In this document: positions 10,193 to 20,030 of the stretch, one piece after another | Numbering within the stretch: position 1 is the stretch's first letter | How the letters are laid out: the number at the start of each line of letters is the position of its first letter | Origin: an uncultured virus (IMG/VR IMGVR_UViG_3300002835_000125) | Lineage: Duplodnaviria; Heunggongvirae; Uroviricota; Caudoviricetes | IMG/VR virus record: IMGVR_UViG_3300002835_000125 | DNA length: 64,000 nt | Direction: 5' to 3' (one strand) | The notes under the pieces: model-generated | Databases searched by the model: none | Seen by the model: the letters and a program-made list of their open reading frames with translations, nothing else | What the model was told of the DNA's origin: nothing | Position numbers and translations under genes: made by a program

Positions 10193-12492
10193 TGTTTTTT
10201 AAATTCCCCTTAAAAATACCAAGATGGAAATCTTCTACTAATGAGTGGGATTACCAAATTTTTGATAATAAACAATCCTTTATAGATTATATGTGGAAGC
10301 AATTTAAACTTCCCGGAGAATATAATTTAAGAGAAGATATTAACTTAAAGATACAAGAAGAGGGTATTAAATATACCAAAACTGCTAATCCAGAAACATT
10401 TCAAGGTGGTCGTTACCACAATTATGTCAAGGGTAGCATACATTATAAGAATTGGCACACTGCTCAAAAAGAGAAGGTTTTATGTGGAGTGATATATGAT
10501 GACTTTTATATCCCCCCTTATTATCATTGGTATCTAAACTTTTGCCCATTCTTTGATGACATAAAAATGTTATATAGATTTGGAGATGTGTGGGATACAG
10601 ATTTATGGTATTTCCACTATCTCACTTTATGTCTATTACTAGGTAAGAATGTTTATGGTGTTAAGGGTAGACAGAAAGGATTTTCCTTGAAACATATGGC
10701 ATTTCTATATTGGGGATATTGTTGGTTTGGAGGTGGTGTATATACTGTAGGAGCATATGATGAGAGTCTTGTTGATAAATCTTGGATATTCTTAGAGAGA
10801 TATAGAAATCACATAAATAAATACACTCCTTGGAAAAGAGGACCAATTAAACCTAAATCCTTAGAATGGGAAGAACTTATTGAAACCAAGAAGGGTGGAA
10901 CAGTTGGAGGTGGAGCAAAACTCTCTGGAGTTACATTCAAACAAAGTCCTACAAAAGATGTAGGGGGTGTTCAAACAATATTCAATTATGAAGAACCCGG
11001 AGTTAGCCCTACAATAACCCAAACATACTCTTTTATAAAACCTGCTATGAAAAAGGGGTCTGTAAAGACTGGTATATTTGTAGCATGTGGTTCTGTAGGT
11101 AATCTTGAACAAGCAGAAGGATTAAGACAGATGGTATATAATCCTGCTTCTTATGATGGTCTTCCTGTTAAAAATATATGGGATGAAGATGCTGGACCAG
11201 ATGACACTTGTGCCATATTTATATCAGAAGCATATTCTATGCTTGGTGAAGATTATCACTTTGATGATTATGGTAAAGTGGTTGGTGGTTCTGGTAGACC
11301 ATTCATTGATAATGCTGGTAATTCAGATATTAAATTATCATTAGAATGGATTGCTGAAAATGATAAACTTCTTCAAGTCTCTAAAAAGAGTGAAGAAGAA
11401 AAGCAAATTGATAGGTCTCAGAAATGTACAAGCTTAAAGCAAGCATTTGCTGAAAGAAAAATATCCTACTTTCCTGTTGCCAAATTAAAAAGGAGACAAG
11501 AACAATTAAAAATATTAGAGAGTGAAGGAAAGTTAAAGCATCGTAAAGGGTTATTATATATTGATAATGACGGTGTTATAAAACTTGATGAAAAGGATAA
11601 AGGAGAAGAACATGGTTATCCTATTAATCCAGCTTGGGAAGATAAAAGAGGATGTGTTACAATAATTCATGATTGTGAACCAAATCCTGCTAAATATAGA
11701 TATTTTGTTGGAGTGGATACAGTGGAAGCAGATGAAACAACTACATCTGATTCTATACAAACAGTTGATGTATTTGAAGGACAAACCACTGTTAAGGATG
11801 AACATGGTAGAATATTAAGAATAGAAGGTGATAGACTTGTTGCTACTTATAGAGGTAGATTTAATCCTGTAGATGGTGGAAATGAACAAGCATGGCTCTT
11901 AATAAAAAAGTATAATGGTTACTGCTATCAAGAAAGGAGTAAGCCAAACTTTCAATCTTACATGAAGAGAAATGGTTGGGCTGAACAATATTTAGCTAAG
12001 GAATCAGAAGTGCAAATATTCAAAGATGTAAACTTCTATAAAGAAAAGCCTGATAGTGGATTATATGGATTTACTATCACTTTAAATAATCAAATATGGG
12101 AAACCTTTAAGAAGATAGGAAGTGAATATCTTCATTCTGAATATGATAGGCAAACTATAACAACTGAAGAAGGGGATGAGAAATCAATAAAAATATATAC
12201 AGGTATAGATAGAATTGAAGACTATTGGTTATTGGAAGAATTTATTCAATATGCAGAAGATAAATCTGGAAGACCTAAAAAGAATACAGATAGGTTAATT
12301 TCATTCTTTGCAGCTTTGATACTTTCGAAGGTGTTCCAAAATAGTCACAACTCTATAAGAATAGAACATAGTCAAAAAGATGTACCTAAAAAGGTATATT
12401 CTCCGAAACCTGTAAATATGCTTGGTGGTGTGAGTAAAAAAACGTATAATAATACTAAAGGGGTCAGAAAAAGACCTATATCAATGATATAA
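10192..12492 (+). CDS. terL: terminase large subunit
   Basis: Walker A KGRQKGFS, Walker B FNYEEPG, nuclease FVGVD and NTDR; upstream of portal. Confidence 0.93.
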   Translation: MFFKFPLKIPRWKSSTNEWDYQIFDNKQSFIDYMWKQFKLPGEYNLREDINLKIQEEGIKYTKTANPETFQGGRYHNYVKGSIHYKNWHTAQKEKVLCGVIYDDFYIPPYYHWYLNFCPFFDDIKMLYRFGDVWDTDLWYFHYLTLCLLLGKNVYGVKGRQKGFSLKHMAFLYWGYCWFGGGVYTVGAYDESLVDKSWIFLERYRNHINKYTPWKRGPIKPKSLEWEELIETKKGGTVGGGAKLSGVTFKQSPTKDVGGVQTIFNYEEPGVSPTITQTYSFIKPAMKKGSVKTGIFVACGSVGNLEQAEGLRQMVYNPASYDGLPVKNIWDEDAGPDDTCAIFISEAYSMLGEDYHFDDYGKVVGGSGRPFIDNAGNSDIKLSLEWIAENDKLLQVSKKSEEEKQIDRSQKCTSLKQAFAERKISYFPVAKLKRRQEQLKILESEGKLKHRKGLLYIDNDGVIKLDEKDKGEEHGYPINPAWEDKRGCVTIIHDCEPNPAKYRYFVGVDTVEADETTTSDSIQTVDVFEGQTTVKDEHGRILRIEGDRLVATYRGRFNPVDGGNEQAWLLIKKYNGYCYQERSKPNFQSYMKRNGWAEQYLAKESEVQIFKDVNFYKEKPDSGLYGFTITLNNQIWETFKKIGSEYLHSEYDRQTITTEEGDEKSIKIYTGIDRIEDYWLLEEFIQYAEDKSGRPKKNTDRLISFFAALILSKVFQNSHNSIRIEHSQKDVPKKVYSPKPVNMLGGVSKKTYNNTKGVRKRPISMI

Positions 12493-15269
12493 TGGCGCAA
12501 ACTAAAATGATATGGAGCAGTGATTTGTATAAAGGATTTAAAACAAATTCTGCCCAACAACTAAAAATAGACGACCTTCTTCCTTTTAATTTCTTAGTGG
12601 AAAAAGAAAAAGGACCGGATTGGATAAGAGCTGTAGCAGATTTCTATGAAACTGCTGGATGGGTTAATGTAGAAAAGAAAGCTTACGGTATTCAAAGAAA
12701 TTTTGATTTACGTTATTCAAAGCTGAATCCATCCGATTATATTGTTGGGCCATCTCACTATGATTATTACTTAGCTGCTGGACTTGATGTTGCTATTGGA
12801 GAAACTTCTCCTATACAACAATTCTATCCATTAGTAGATAATATTGTAGACTTACTAAGAGGAGAATATGTTAAGAGAGATAATAGTATGTTAATTGAAG
12901 TGATAGACCCATATTCTCAAAATGAACTATTTGAAAAGAAAGAGAAAGAATTTGAAGGAGTGATGATGAGTTATTTAGAAAAACAGATACAACTCAATCT
13001 TCAAAAATCAGGACTTGCTCCATCTCAAGACCAAAACTTAAATCAACAATACGAACAGAGTTATCAAGATGCTATGAGACAACTTACAGAAGTTGAAATG
13101 GCATCTAAAAAATATAGAACCACAGGACAAAAGTGGGCTGAAAAGGTTTTAAAGGTACATGACCAAAGATATAATTTACACGAATTAGAACCAGATGGTT
13201 TTGAAAGCTCTCTAATATCAGATAGATGTTTTTATCATATTGACTTATTAGAAGATGATTTTAAATTAGAACTTATAAATGTTAAGTGGTGTGATTATCA
13301 CAAGGGACCAAATGTTAAATATGTTTCAGAAGGAGACTACTTTCTTTGGTTTGAATTTATGAGCAGTGGCCAAATTATAGATAAGTTTGGTACAAGAATG
13401 GAAGAAAAGGATATAGATAAGCTAAAAGAAGTTTATTTAAAAACCTCAAATCTTGTTGTACCCGATGGTCAAAGAGCTATACAAGGTGCTTATTATGACC
13501 ATAGTAAACCTTGGAGTGAAGCTACAGATTTGAATCCTAATATGAACAATGCTTTATTAGGTAAAGAACTTGCTTACTCCTACATGCGTTCTCCAAACTT
13601 TGACCACAATGAAGATGTGGATATACTAAATCCTGTTTGGGGAAGAAGAGTGACAGGTAAGCCACAAATGTTTAGAGTGATGAGACTCTATTGGAAGAGT
13701 ATGAGAAAGATTGGTTGGCTTACTAAAATAGATAGGTCAGGAGTTATGTCATATAATGATTGGGTAGATGAACATTTTGTAGTGACAGAAGAACCTAAAT
13801 ATGACCACACTTTAATAAAAGAAAAGAAGAAGGATAATTTATTATATGGAGAACATATTGATTGGACATGGGTTCCTCAATGGAGACATGTGATTAAAAT
13901 TTCTCCAAATCAAAAGCATACATTCTGGATGAATTGGAATGAAACATTTGAAACCATATATATTGATGGAGCACCTGTTAAGTTTCAATTTAAAGGAGAT
14001 AAAAGTCCATATGGATGTTTACCACCTGTTGAAGGTGCTGAATTTAGCTGGATGAATACTGGACCAGTTTCTTTAGTAGATAGACTTAAACCAAAGCAAA
14101 TACTTTATAATATTTGCATGAATAAAGTACCTAAAAAGATATTGGAAGATTTTGGATTAAAACTCGGTGTACATAATTCTCTTGTTACAAATGGTTCTAC
14201 ATCTGTTCAATCTGAAGTTGACCCACTTATGGAATTTGAAGAAAGACTTAGAGAATCTCCAATATTTAATTATAGTACAGATATGGATACATTGAGAGCT
14301 ATAGGACAACCTCCTAGACCTGAATTGTATAACATGTCCACTGTACAAGATGCTCAAGCATATTTACAATTGGCAACATTTGTTAAAGAGAGTGCTGGTG
14401 AAGATGTTGGTATAACAAGACAACGTACAGCTAAGATGCAAGCTTCTGAAACTGCTACAGGAATACAACAAGCAATAAATTATTCTGAAACTCAAACAGA
14501 GAAATATTTTGAGAATTACAGTAATTTAATGACAAGAGTGAGACAGCGTATGTTAGATGCTGCTCAATTTTATAGCACATTTGTTCCTTCTTCAAGAGAT
14601 ATATATCTTAATGAATATGAAGAGAATGTATTTCTTGAAATGGATGGGATGCAAAATCTGCTTCCACAATATTTAATAAAGGTGACTTCCAGACCAAATG
14701 TTAAGGAAGCCTTGAAACAAATTAAACAATTCCTATTCGAAGAAAATACTCTTCCTATAAAACCTTCTGATAAGATACAAGCTTTCTTTAATAATAGTCA
14801 GGCAAGAATAATAGAACTTTTCAAAGAAGGTGAAGCAGAACAAGTTCTTAGAGAAGATAAACAAAGAGAATTTGAACAATCTATGCAACAAGAAAAACTT
14901 GCTCAACAAGAAAGATTAGAACAAGATAAGAGAGAAAGAGAAGATAATAATAAAGAACTTGATAGAGAGAGCAATGAATATATTGCTTCTATAAGAGCAT
15001 TGGGTGGAGTTCAAACTGATGCTAATGTAGACGGTACATTAGATGCTGCTCAAAATATGCAAATATTAATGAAGCAAAAAGAGATGCAAAATAAAGCAAT
15101 GCAACTTATAGATGAAAGACAATCCAAACGTCAAGAAGCTATAGAGACTAATCTACTTGAAAGAGAGAAGATTGCTGGTAAACTTGAAGAGACAAGAATG
15201 AAAACTGAAGCTCAGAAGTTTGTTGCAAAAGAAAACAAACAAAAGCATGAAGTAAAGAAAAGGAAATAG
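12492..15269 (+). CDS. portal protein
   Basis: 925 aa after TerL; SLVDRLKP..YNI..NK and GITRQR...ETATG motifs; coiled-coil C-terminus. Confidence 0.88.
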   Translation: MAQTKMIWSSDLYKGFKTNSAQQLKIDDLLPFNFLVEKEKGPDWIRAVADFYETAGWVNVEKKAYGIQRNFDLRYSKLNPSDYIVGPSHYDYYLAAGLDVAIGETSPIQQFYPLVDNIVDLLRGEYVKRDNSMLIEVIDPYSQNELFEKKEKEFEGVMMSYLEKQIQLNLQKSGLAPSQDQNLNQQYEQSYQDAMRQLTEVEMASKKYRTTGQKWAEKVLKVHDQRYNLHELEPDGFESSLISDRCFYHIDLLEDDFKLELINVKWCDYHKGPNVKYVSEGDYFLWFEFMSSGQIIDKFGTRMEEKDIDKLKEVYLKTSNLVVPDGQRAIQGAYYDHSKPWSEATDLNPNMNNALLGKELAYSYMRSPNFDHNEDVDILNPVWGRRVTGKPQMFRVMRLYWKSMRKIGWLTKIDRSGVMSYNDWVDEHFVVTEEPKYDHTLIKEKKKDNLLYGEHIDWTWVPQWRHVIKISPNQKHTFWMNWNETFETIYIDGAPVKFQFKGDKSPYGCLPPVEGAEFSWMNTGPVSLVDRLKPKQILYNICMNKVPKKILEDFGLKLGVHNSLVTNGSTSVQSEVDPLMEFEERLRESPIFNYSTDMDTLRAIGQPPRPELYNMSTVQDAQAYLQLATFVKESAGEDVGITRQRTAKMQASETATGIQQAINYSETQTEKYFENYSNLMTRVRQRMLDAAQFYSTFVPSSRDIYLNEYEENVFLEMDGMQNLLPQYLIKVTSRPNVKEALKQIKQFLFEENTLPIKPSDKIQAFFNNSQARIIELFKEGEAEQVLREDKQREFEQSMQQEKLAQQERLEQDKREREDNNKELDRESNEYIASIRALGGVQTDANVDGTLDAAQNMQILMKQKEMQNKAMQLIDERQSKRQEAIETNLLEREKIAGKLEETRMKTEAQKFVAKENKQKHEVKKRK

Positions 15270-15296
15270 TTATATTATCAAATTGAAATTTAACAA

Positions 15297-15328
15297 TTTG
15301 GAAAAATAATTTAAAAAGTGTATTATAT
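15297..15328 (+). promoter_or_regulatory. putative variant (late?) promoter
   Basis: TTTG-N20-TATTATAT before scaffold and capsid genes. Confidence 0.5.
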
Positions 15329-15350
15329 ATTATAAAACAAAACCAATATT

Positions 15351-16496
15351 ATGCAAACAGAAAAAGCTGCATATGATGATTTCTTCGGATTGAATGATAT
15401 TCCTACCGAAGATGTGATTATTCAGAAAGACAATAATTTTAGCACTACAGGAAATGGAGATTTTGATATTCTAAATCCATTAGAAAAAAAAGAAGAAGTT
15501 ATTGTAGAAAAGAAAGAACAGAATCAAGAAGAAGTTGATATTCTTGAAAGTGATAAAAAAGAAGAAAAAGAACAAGAAGATATTACAAATATTGTAAACT
15601 TCTTTCAAGAAAGGGTTAAGAAGGGAATATTTTCGAATCTTGTTGATGAAGAAGGAAATGATGTAACGCTATCTAAAGTTGAAGATATTGATAGTTTCTT
15701 AGAAGCAAACTTTAATTACAGAGTAGAAAAGGAAAAAGAAACTCTTGAAACAACTTGGTACGAAACAAAAAGTCCAGCATGGAAAGCAGTTGCTCAATAT
15801 GCTGATTACGTTCAAGACCCAACACAACTTATTCCATTCCTTCAAGGTGTTAATAACATAATGAACATTTCTGAAGTGGATGAAACCACAATAGAAGGAG
15901 CAGAAAGCATTGTAAGATTTAAAATGCAAGCTTCTGGAGATGATGAAGAAACTATAGAAGAACAGATTAAGATTCTTAAAGATTCAGATAAAATTGTTGA
16001 TATAGCAAAAAGATATAAACCTGCATTAGTTCAGAGTGAAACTCAAAGACTCTCACAAATGCAAGAAAAAGCTAAAAAGGACCAAGACCAATATATTGAA
16101 TCCGTTAGAGCCTATGAAAAGTTAGCTATAGAAAATATTGAAAAGCCTTTATTTGGAGAGAAATTAAATCAAGAAGAGAAAGCAATTATATATGATATGA
16201 TTGCTATCCCAAATCAAGAACTAGGTGGATACGCTATATTTTCAGCAATAGATGATTTGTATGAAAAGCAAGACATGGAAACCCTTAGAGAAATAGCTCT
16301 TCTAATAGCAAATAAACAAAAATTCTACACTTATGCTTCAAAAGCTGCAACAGTTAAAACAGCAGCAGATTTGCAAAGAAAGCTTAGAGTACAATTAGAA
16401 AGTGATAAAAAAAGTTCATCGAAAGATGACCCTGAAATAACAAATGTAAAAGCCCCTACATATAAACAACAAGGCAAGCCGAGATTCGGATTTTAA
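15351..16496 (+). CDS. putative scaffolding / capsid assembly protein
   Basis: Acidic, helical, directly upstream of MCP as in crAss-like phages. Confidence 0.65.
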   Translation: MQTEKAAYDDFFGLNDIPTEDVIIQKDNNFSTTGNGDFDILNPLEKKEEVIVEKKEQNQEEVDILESDKKEEKEQEDITNIVNFFQERVKKGIFSNLVDEEGNDVTLSKVEDIDSFLEANFNYRVEKEKETLETTWYETKSPAWKAVAQYADYVQDPTQLIPFLQGVNNIMNISEVDETTIEGAESIVRFKMQASGDDEETIEEQIKILKDSDKIVDIAKRYKPALVQSETQRLSQMQEKAKKDQDQYIESVRAYEKLAIENIEKPLFGEKLNQEEKAIIYDMIAIPNQELGGYAIFSAIDDLYEKQDMETLREIALLIANKQKFYTYASKAATVKTAADLQRKLRVQLESDKKSSSKDDPEITNVKAPTYKQQGKPRFGF

Positions 16497-16509
16497 AAAT
16501 TGAAATAAA

Positions 16510-18213
16510 ATGATAAACAACAAAGTAGGACTTGGGAGTTTAGGTCATCCCGGTATTTTTATCGGTCAGACACGAGTGAAGGGTTTGACAAATCACCTAG
16601 ATATCCCTTATGTAACAGCACTCGAAGGTGCTCAAACCGACAAATTAGACTTTGGTGTGCTTGATTTGTGGGCACTTAAACAAAGAACTGATTCCCCACT
16701 TCTATCTTTAGCAGTGGAAAACGCTCAGATTATCTATACTGATGCGGATTATTACACATTCGAACTTCCAAGTGCAGCAGAAGGAGTTACAAGACTTATT
16801 TCTGGTGGATTGGATAGAGACAAATTTGGTATGGATGGAGAAGAAATTCCATTCATTGTATCAAGGAGAGATTTATCTCCGGGTGCTATGTTCAAATTTG
16901 ACTTAACTTCTCCTGTAATGTTCAAAGTGGTAAATAGAATTCCTGAACAAGTAGGTGAACATTATAGAGTGTGGGCAAGTCTTGTTACAAATGCTCAAGT
17001 TCCATATGTAACTAAAGCGGAATTTATTCCTCAAAGGCAAATTATAAAACTTGCTGATACAAGAGGATTGGATTTCTCTGCTCATGAATCAACTTGGGGT
17101 GTATCAGGTGTTCCTTCATTAATGAAGTTTAAGAACTACTTGACAAATGTAAAACTTCAACAAGCTTATAGAGTTACTGAAGGTGCTGTAGAAATGTTAA
17201 ATCACGAAACAAGATTTGACTCTGCACAACTTAAAGGAATGGAGAACATGCTTTTGAAATTCTACTCTGTAAGAGGTATTGCTGATAACAAAGTGATTAA
17301 TATGAATACTGCTGCTCCTCAAGATAGAGAGCGTTATATGCAGCAAATTCAAGATTCAAGAGTTAAAGGATTGGGTCATAGTGCTATGGTTTCTTTCTTA
17401 GATAACGTAGCTATTAATCTTATGCTTCAACAAAATAACAATCTTGGTATATGGGGTCCAGCAGCTAATAGTTTAGTAGATGGATATGACAGTACAAGAT
17501 TGGCTCCGGGTGTATGGTTCCAATTAGACCAAGCTGGTTACAAAACTACTTATGACATTGGTACTTTTGACTTAAATGTTCTTGGAGATGCTATTAAGGA
17601 CTACGAATTTGGAAAGGTTGAAATGAGAGAATCTGTTTCTACTAATGTATATGTAATTAGAACTGGTAGAGGTGGACAAGAGATTATATTTGATGCTTTC
17701 TTAAAAGCTGGATTCGATATTCCTGCTCAAGTTCAAAATACTGACCACGGATTCCTAAGAGGTGATGCAAATAATCTTGTACATAGAGCAGCAAGAATAG
17801 TAGAGTTCCAATTGAAAACTATTGGTATACTAAGAGTAGAATGGGAACCCGGTTTTGACCCTGTAACAGCAGATGAAATTGTAAACCCAATCTTAGCAAG
17901 TGGTTACAGACTTTCTTCTTACACTATGTTGATTGAAGATTATAACACTTCAGGTGATAATATTGCAATCATTAGAAAGAAAAGCAATAGTAAAATCTCT
18001 ATGAGAGTTACTAATGGTACTGCTTGTCACCCTATATTCAGTGGTTCTACAAGTATAGCTGGACAAAATGTTATGTATCATAATGCTGATGATGATTTGA
18101 ATGGTTACAAAGTTAAGTTTAGTGGTACTGCTGACACTATGATAGTGAAAGACCCTACAAAACTTTTGAAGTTAGTTCCGAACAACCCTAAATTAGGTCG
18201 CGCAAATTTATGA
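16510..18213 (+). CDS. major capsid protein
   Basis: 567 aa; position after portal and scaffold; biased codon usage; G+W and IRTGRGG segments like crAss-type MCPs. Confidence 0.85.
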   Translation: MINNKVGLGSLGHPGIFIGQTRVKGLTNHLDIPYVTALEGAQTDKLDFGVLDLWALKQRTDSPLLSLAVENAQIIYTDADYYTFELPSAAEGVTRLISGGLDRDKFGMDGEEIPFIVSRRDLSPGAMFKFDLTSPVMFKVVNRIPEQVGEHYRVWASLVTNAQVPYVTKAEFIPQRQIIKLADTRGLDFSAHESTWGVSGVPSLMKFKNYLTNVKLQQAYRVTEGAVEMLNHETRFDSAQLKGMENMLLKFYSVRGIADNKVINMNTAAPQDRERYMQQIQDSRVKGLGHSAMVSFLDNVAINLMLQQNNNLGIWGPAANSLVDGYDSTRLAPGVWFQLDQAGYKTTYDIGTFDLNVLGDAIKDYEFGKVEMRESVSTNVYVIRTGRGGQEIIFDAFLKAGFDIPAQVQNTDHGFLRGDANNLVHRAARIVEFQLKTIGILRVEWEPGFDPVTADEIVNPILASGYRLSSYTMLIEDYNTSGDNIAIIRKKSNSKISMRVTNGTACHPIFSGSTSIAGQNVMYHNADDDLNGYKVKFSGTADTMIVKDPTKLLKLVPNNPKLGRANL

Positions 18214-18286
18214 TTTCTTTAATTCGGATTCTTTGGTACTTTAAAAGAATTCAATAAAATACAAAGGAGAGCCGTAACTCTCCAAT

Positions 18287-18339
18287 GGTCTCAAAGAAGA
18301 ACCTCCTCGTGGTGAGACTGGATAATCAACTAATTCTTC
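18287..18339 (+). ncRNA. minimal HDV-like (theta-type) self-cleaving ribozyme
   Basis: P1 GGTCTC/GAGACT with G1-U wobble; P2 GAAGA/TCTTC; P3 ACC/GGT; L3 TCCTCGT; P1.1 GG; candidate catalytic C18330 in CTAA. Confidence 0.85.
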
Positions 18340-18359
18340 AATAATATAAAACCAAATAT

Positions 18360-19352
18360 ATGAACGTAAGATTTCAAATCAAATCAACTTCTCCAAAAGC
18401 GGAGAAAGAAGGAAAGGAGATATTAAATTTCTCTGGTGAAGCTCAAAATTACAGAAGAAAAGCAACGAGAGTTTCGGAAGCTGTAGGTTATAAACCTGAT
18501 GGTTCACCAAAAATTAAATTCAAAACAGGACTTGACCCTGAAAGAGTTAAATTCTATTGGTGGTTTAAAGAAGAAGAAAGAGAAGAAGTTAAGAAGCAAT
18601 TGGAAGAATCTCTACCTGACATAGAAATGAGATTTCATGGAAAGGAAGTTATTCATGATGAAAATAAGTCGTTTTGGAAAGACCAAAAAGAATTTTATCA
18701 AATTGCTCTAACATTAGATACTGCAAATTTGTTCTTTGATACTAAAAATCCAGACCATGCAGTTTTATATTTTAGCATAATTGGTGGTGCATTTATTGAC
18801 ACTATTGCTCCTACAAAGGATTTAGCAATTGAAAAAAGGATTCCTCACTATATAGTTCTTGAAAAAGATGCAACTGATGAAGAATTCGTAGATGTTAATG
18901 AAAAACTAAAAGCTTCCGCTAACTTGTATAAGCTTATGGAAGAAGGAAGTGAAGATGCTTTATTTATATTGTGTTGGACTGCTCTTTATAATACGAAAGG
19001 ATTTGGTAGCATTTTAAAAAGTATGCCAAAGAGTGATAAAGCCACTTATCTGAACATGTTTATCGAAGGTGAACTTGTAGATAAGAAAAAGAAAACATGT
19101 GCTAAGATATTTAATCAATATGTTGATAGATGGTCAAGTCCTCAATTAAGAGAAAAGTTGTATGCAGAAGCTTATATTAAAGCTGGAGAACAATATGCTC
19201 TTGTTGTTACAAATGATAAAAAGTATGAAACTACATGGGGTACATCTTTAGGAAATACTATTGATGAAGCCGTAGAAAAAATAACACAGAAAAAGTTCGC
19301 AAAAGACTTAGACCAACTTATGACAGAAGTTGAGAAAAAATGGGTAGCATGA
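18360..19352 (+). CDS. conserved crAss-like protein downstream of MCP
   Basis: Position; KFKTGLD motif. Confidence 0.75.
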   Translation: MNVRFQIKSTSPKAEKEGKEILNFSGEAQNYRRKATRVSEAVGYKPDGSPKIKFKTGLDPERVKFYWWFKEEEREEVKKQLEESLPDIEMRFHGKEVIHDENKSFWKDQKEFYQIALTLDTANLFFDTKNPDHAVLYFSIIGGAFIDTIAPTKDLAIEKRIPHYIVLEKDATDEEFVDVNEKLKASANLYKLMEEGSEDALFILCWTALYNTKGFGSILKSMPKSDKATYLNMFIEGELVDKKKKTCAKIFNQYVDRWSSPQLREKLYAEAYIKAGEQYALVVTNDKKYETTWGTSLGNTIDEAVEKITQKKFAKDLDQLMTEVEKKWVA

Positions 19353-20002
19353 CAATAGCAGATTTCTCTTTAAAGATAGACCTAAGATTAAATAAAGGAG
19401 CTTCAAATGATTATGATGCTATATGGTCTGATGTAAAAGAAGAAGCTGCAAATAAAGGAGTGACGGATTTTGTAAGAAGACAAGTAAAAGGTAAGAATCA
19501 AACACAGGAAGGTGACGAAGAAACAACAGCTAAAGTGGATGATTTACAAGTGTTACTTAAACCCGAAGTTCTTAAAGTTACTAAAAAGAATGGATTCTTT
19601 GAAACAGAAAAACTCCCACAGGATTATTTATATTATAAACGTCTCACTCCAAATGTTAAAAAAGGGGAATGTGATTCCTTAGATATAAAATCATATTTTT
19701 CAGAAGAAGCAAATGTAGATGATTTAAGACATGTTCCATCTTTTGATTTTGAAGAAACATTTCACACTTTAGCAGGTAACAAATTTAAGATATATTTTGA
19801 TGACTTTGACGTTTTAAAAGCGTCTTTAATTTATTATAGAAAGCCTAAAAAGCTAAACTTCAAAAAACTTAATGACATATTAGAATTTAAAGATGATATA
19901 TGTGAAATGATAGTGGATGAAACAGTAAAGATAATAGCTTCCGATATTGAAAGCATAAATCAAAAGAATTTAGCTCAAGAACGAGTACAAATACAAGAAT
20001 AA
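19340..20002 (+). CDS. putative head-tail ring (connector) protein
   Basis: LNK..SN, DDLQVLL, LPQDY, YYRKP, CEMIVDETV pattern of crAss ring proteins. Confidence 0.65.
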   Translation: MGSMTIADFSLKIDLRLNKGASNDYDAIWSDVKEEAANKGVTDFVRRQVKGKNQTQEGDEETTAKVDDLQVLLKPEVLKVTKKNGFFETEKLPQDYLYYKRLTPNVKKGECDSLDIKSYFSEEANVDDLRHVPSFDFEETFHTLAGNKFKIYFDDFDVLKASLIYYRKPKKLNFKKLNDILEFKDDICEMIVDETVKIIASDIESINQKNLAQERVQIQE

Positions 20003-20030
20003 ATTAGTTAACAAGTAAACAAACAAACAA

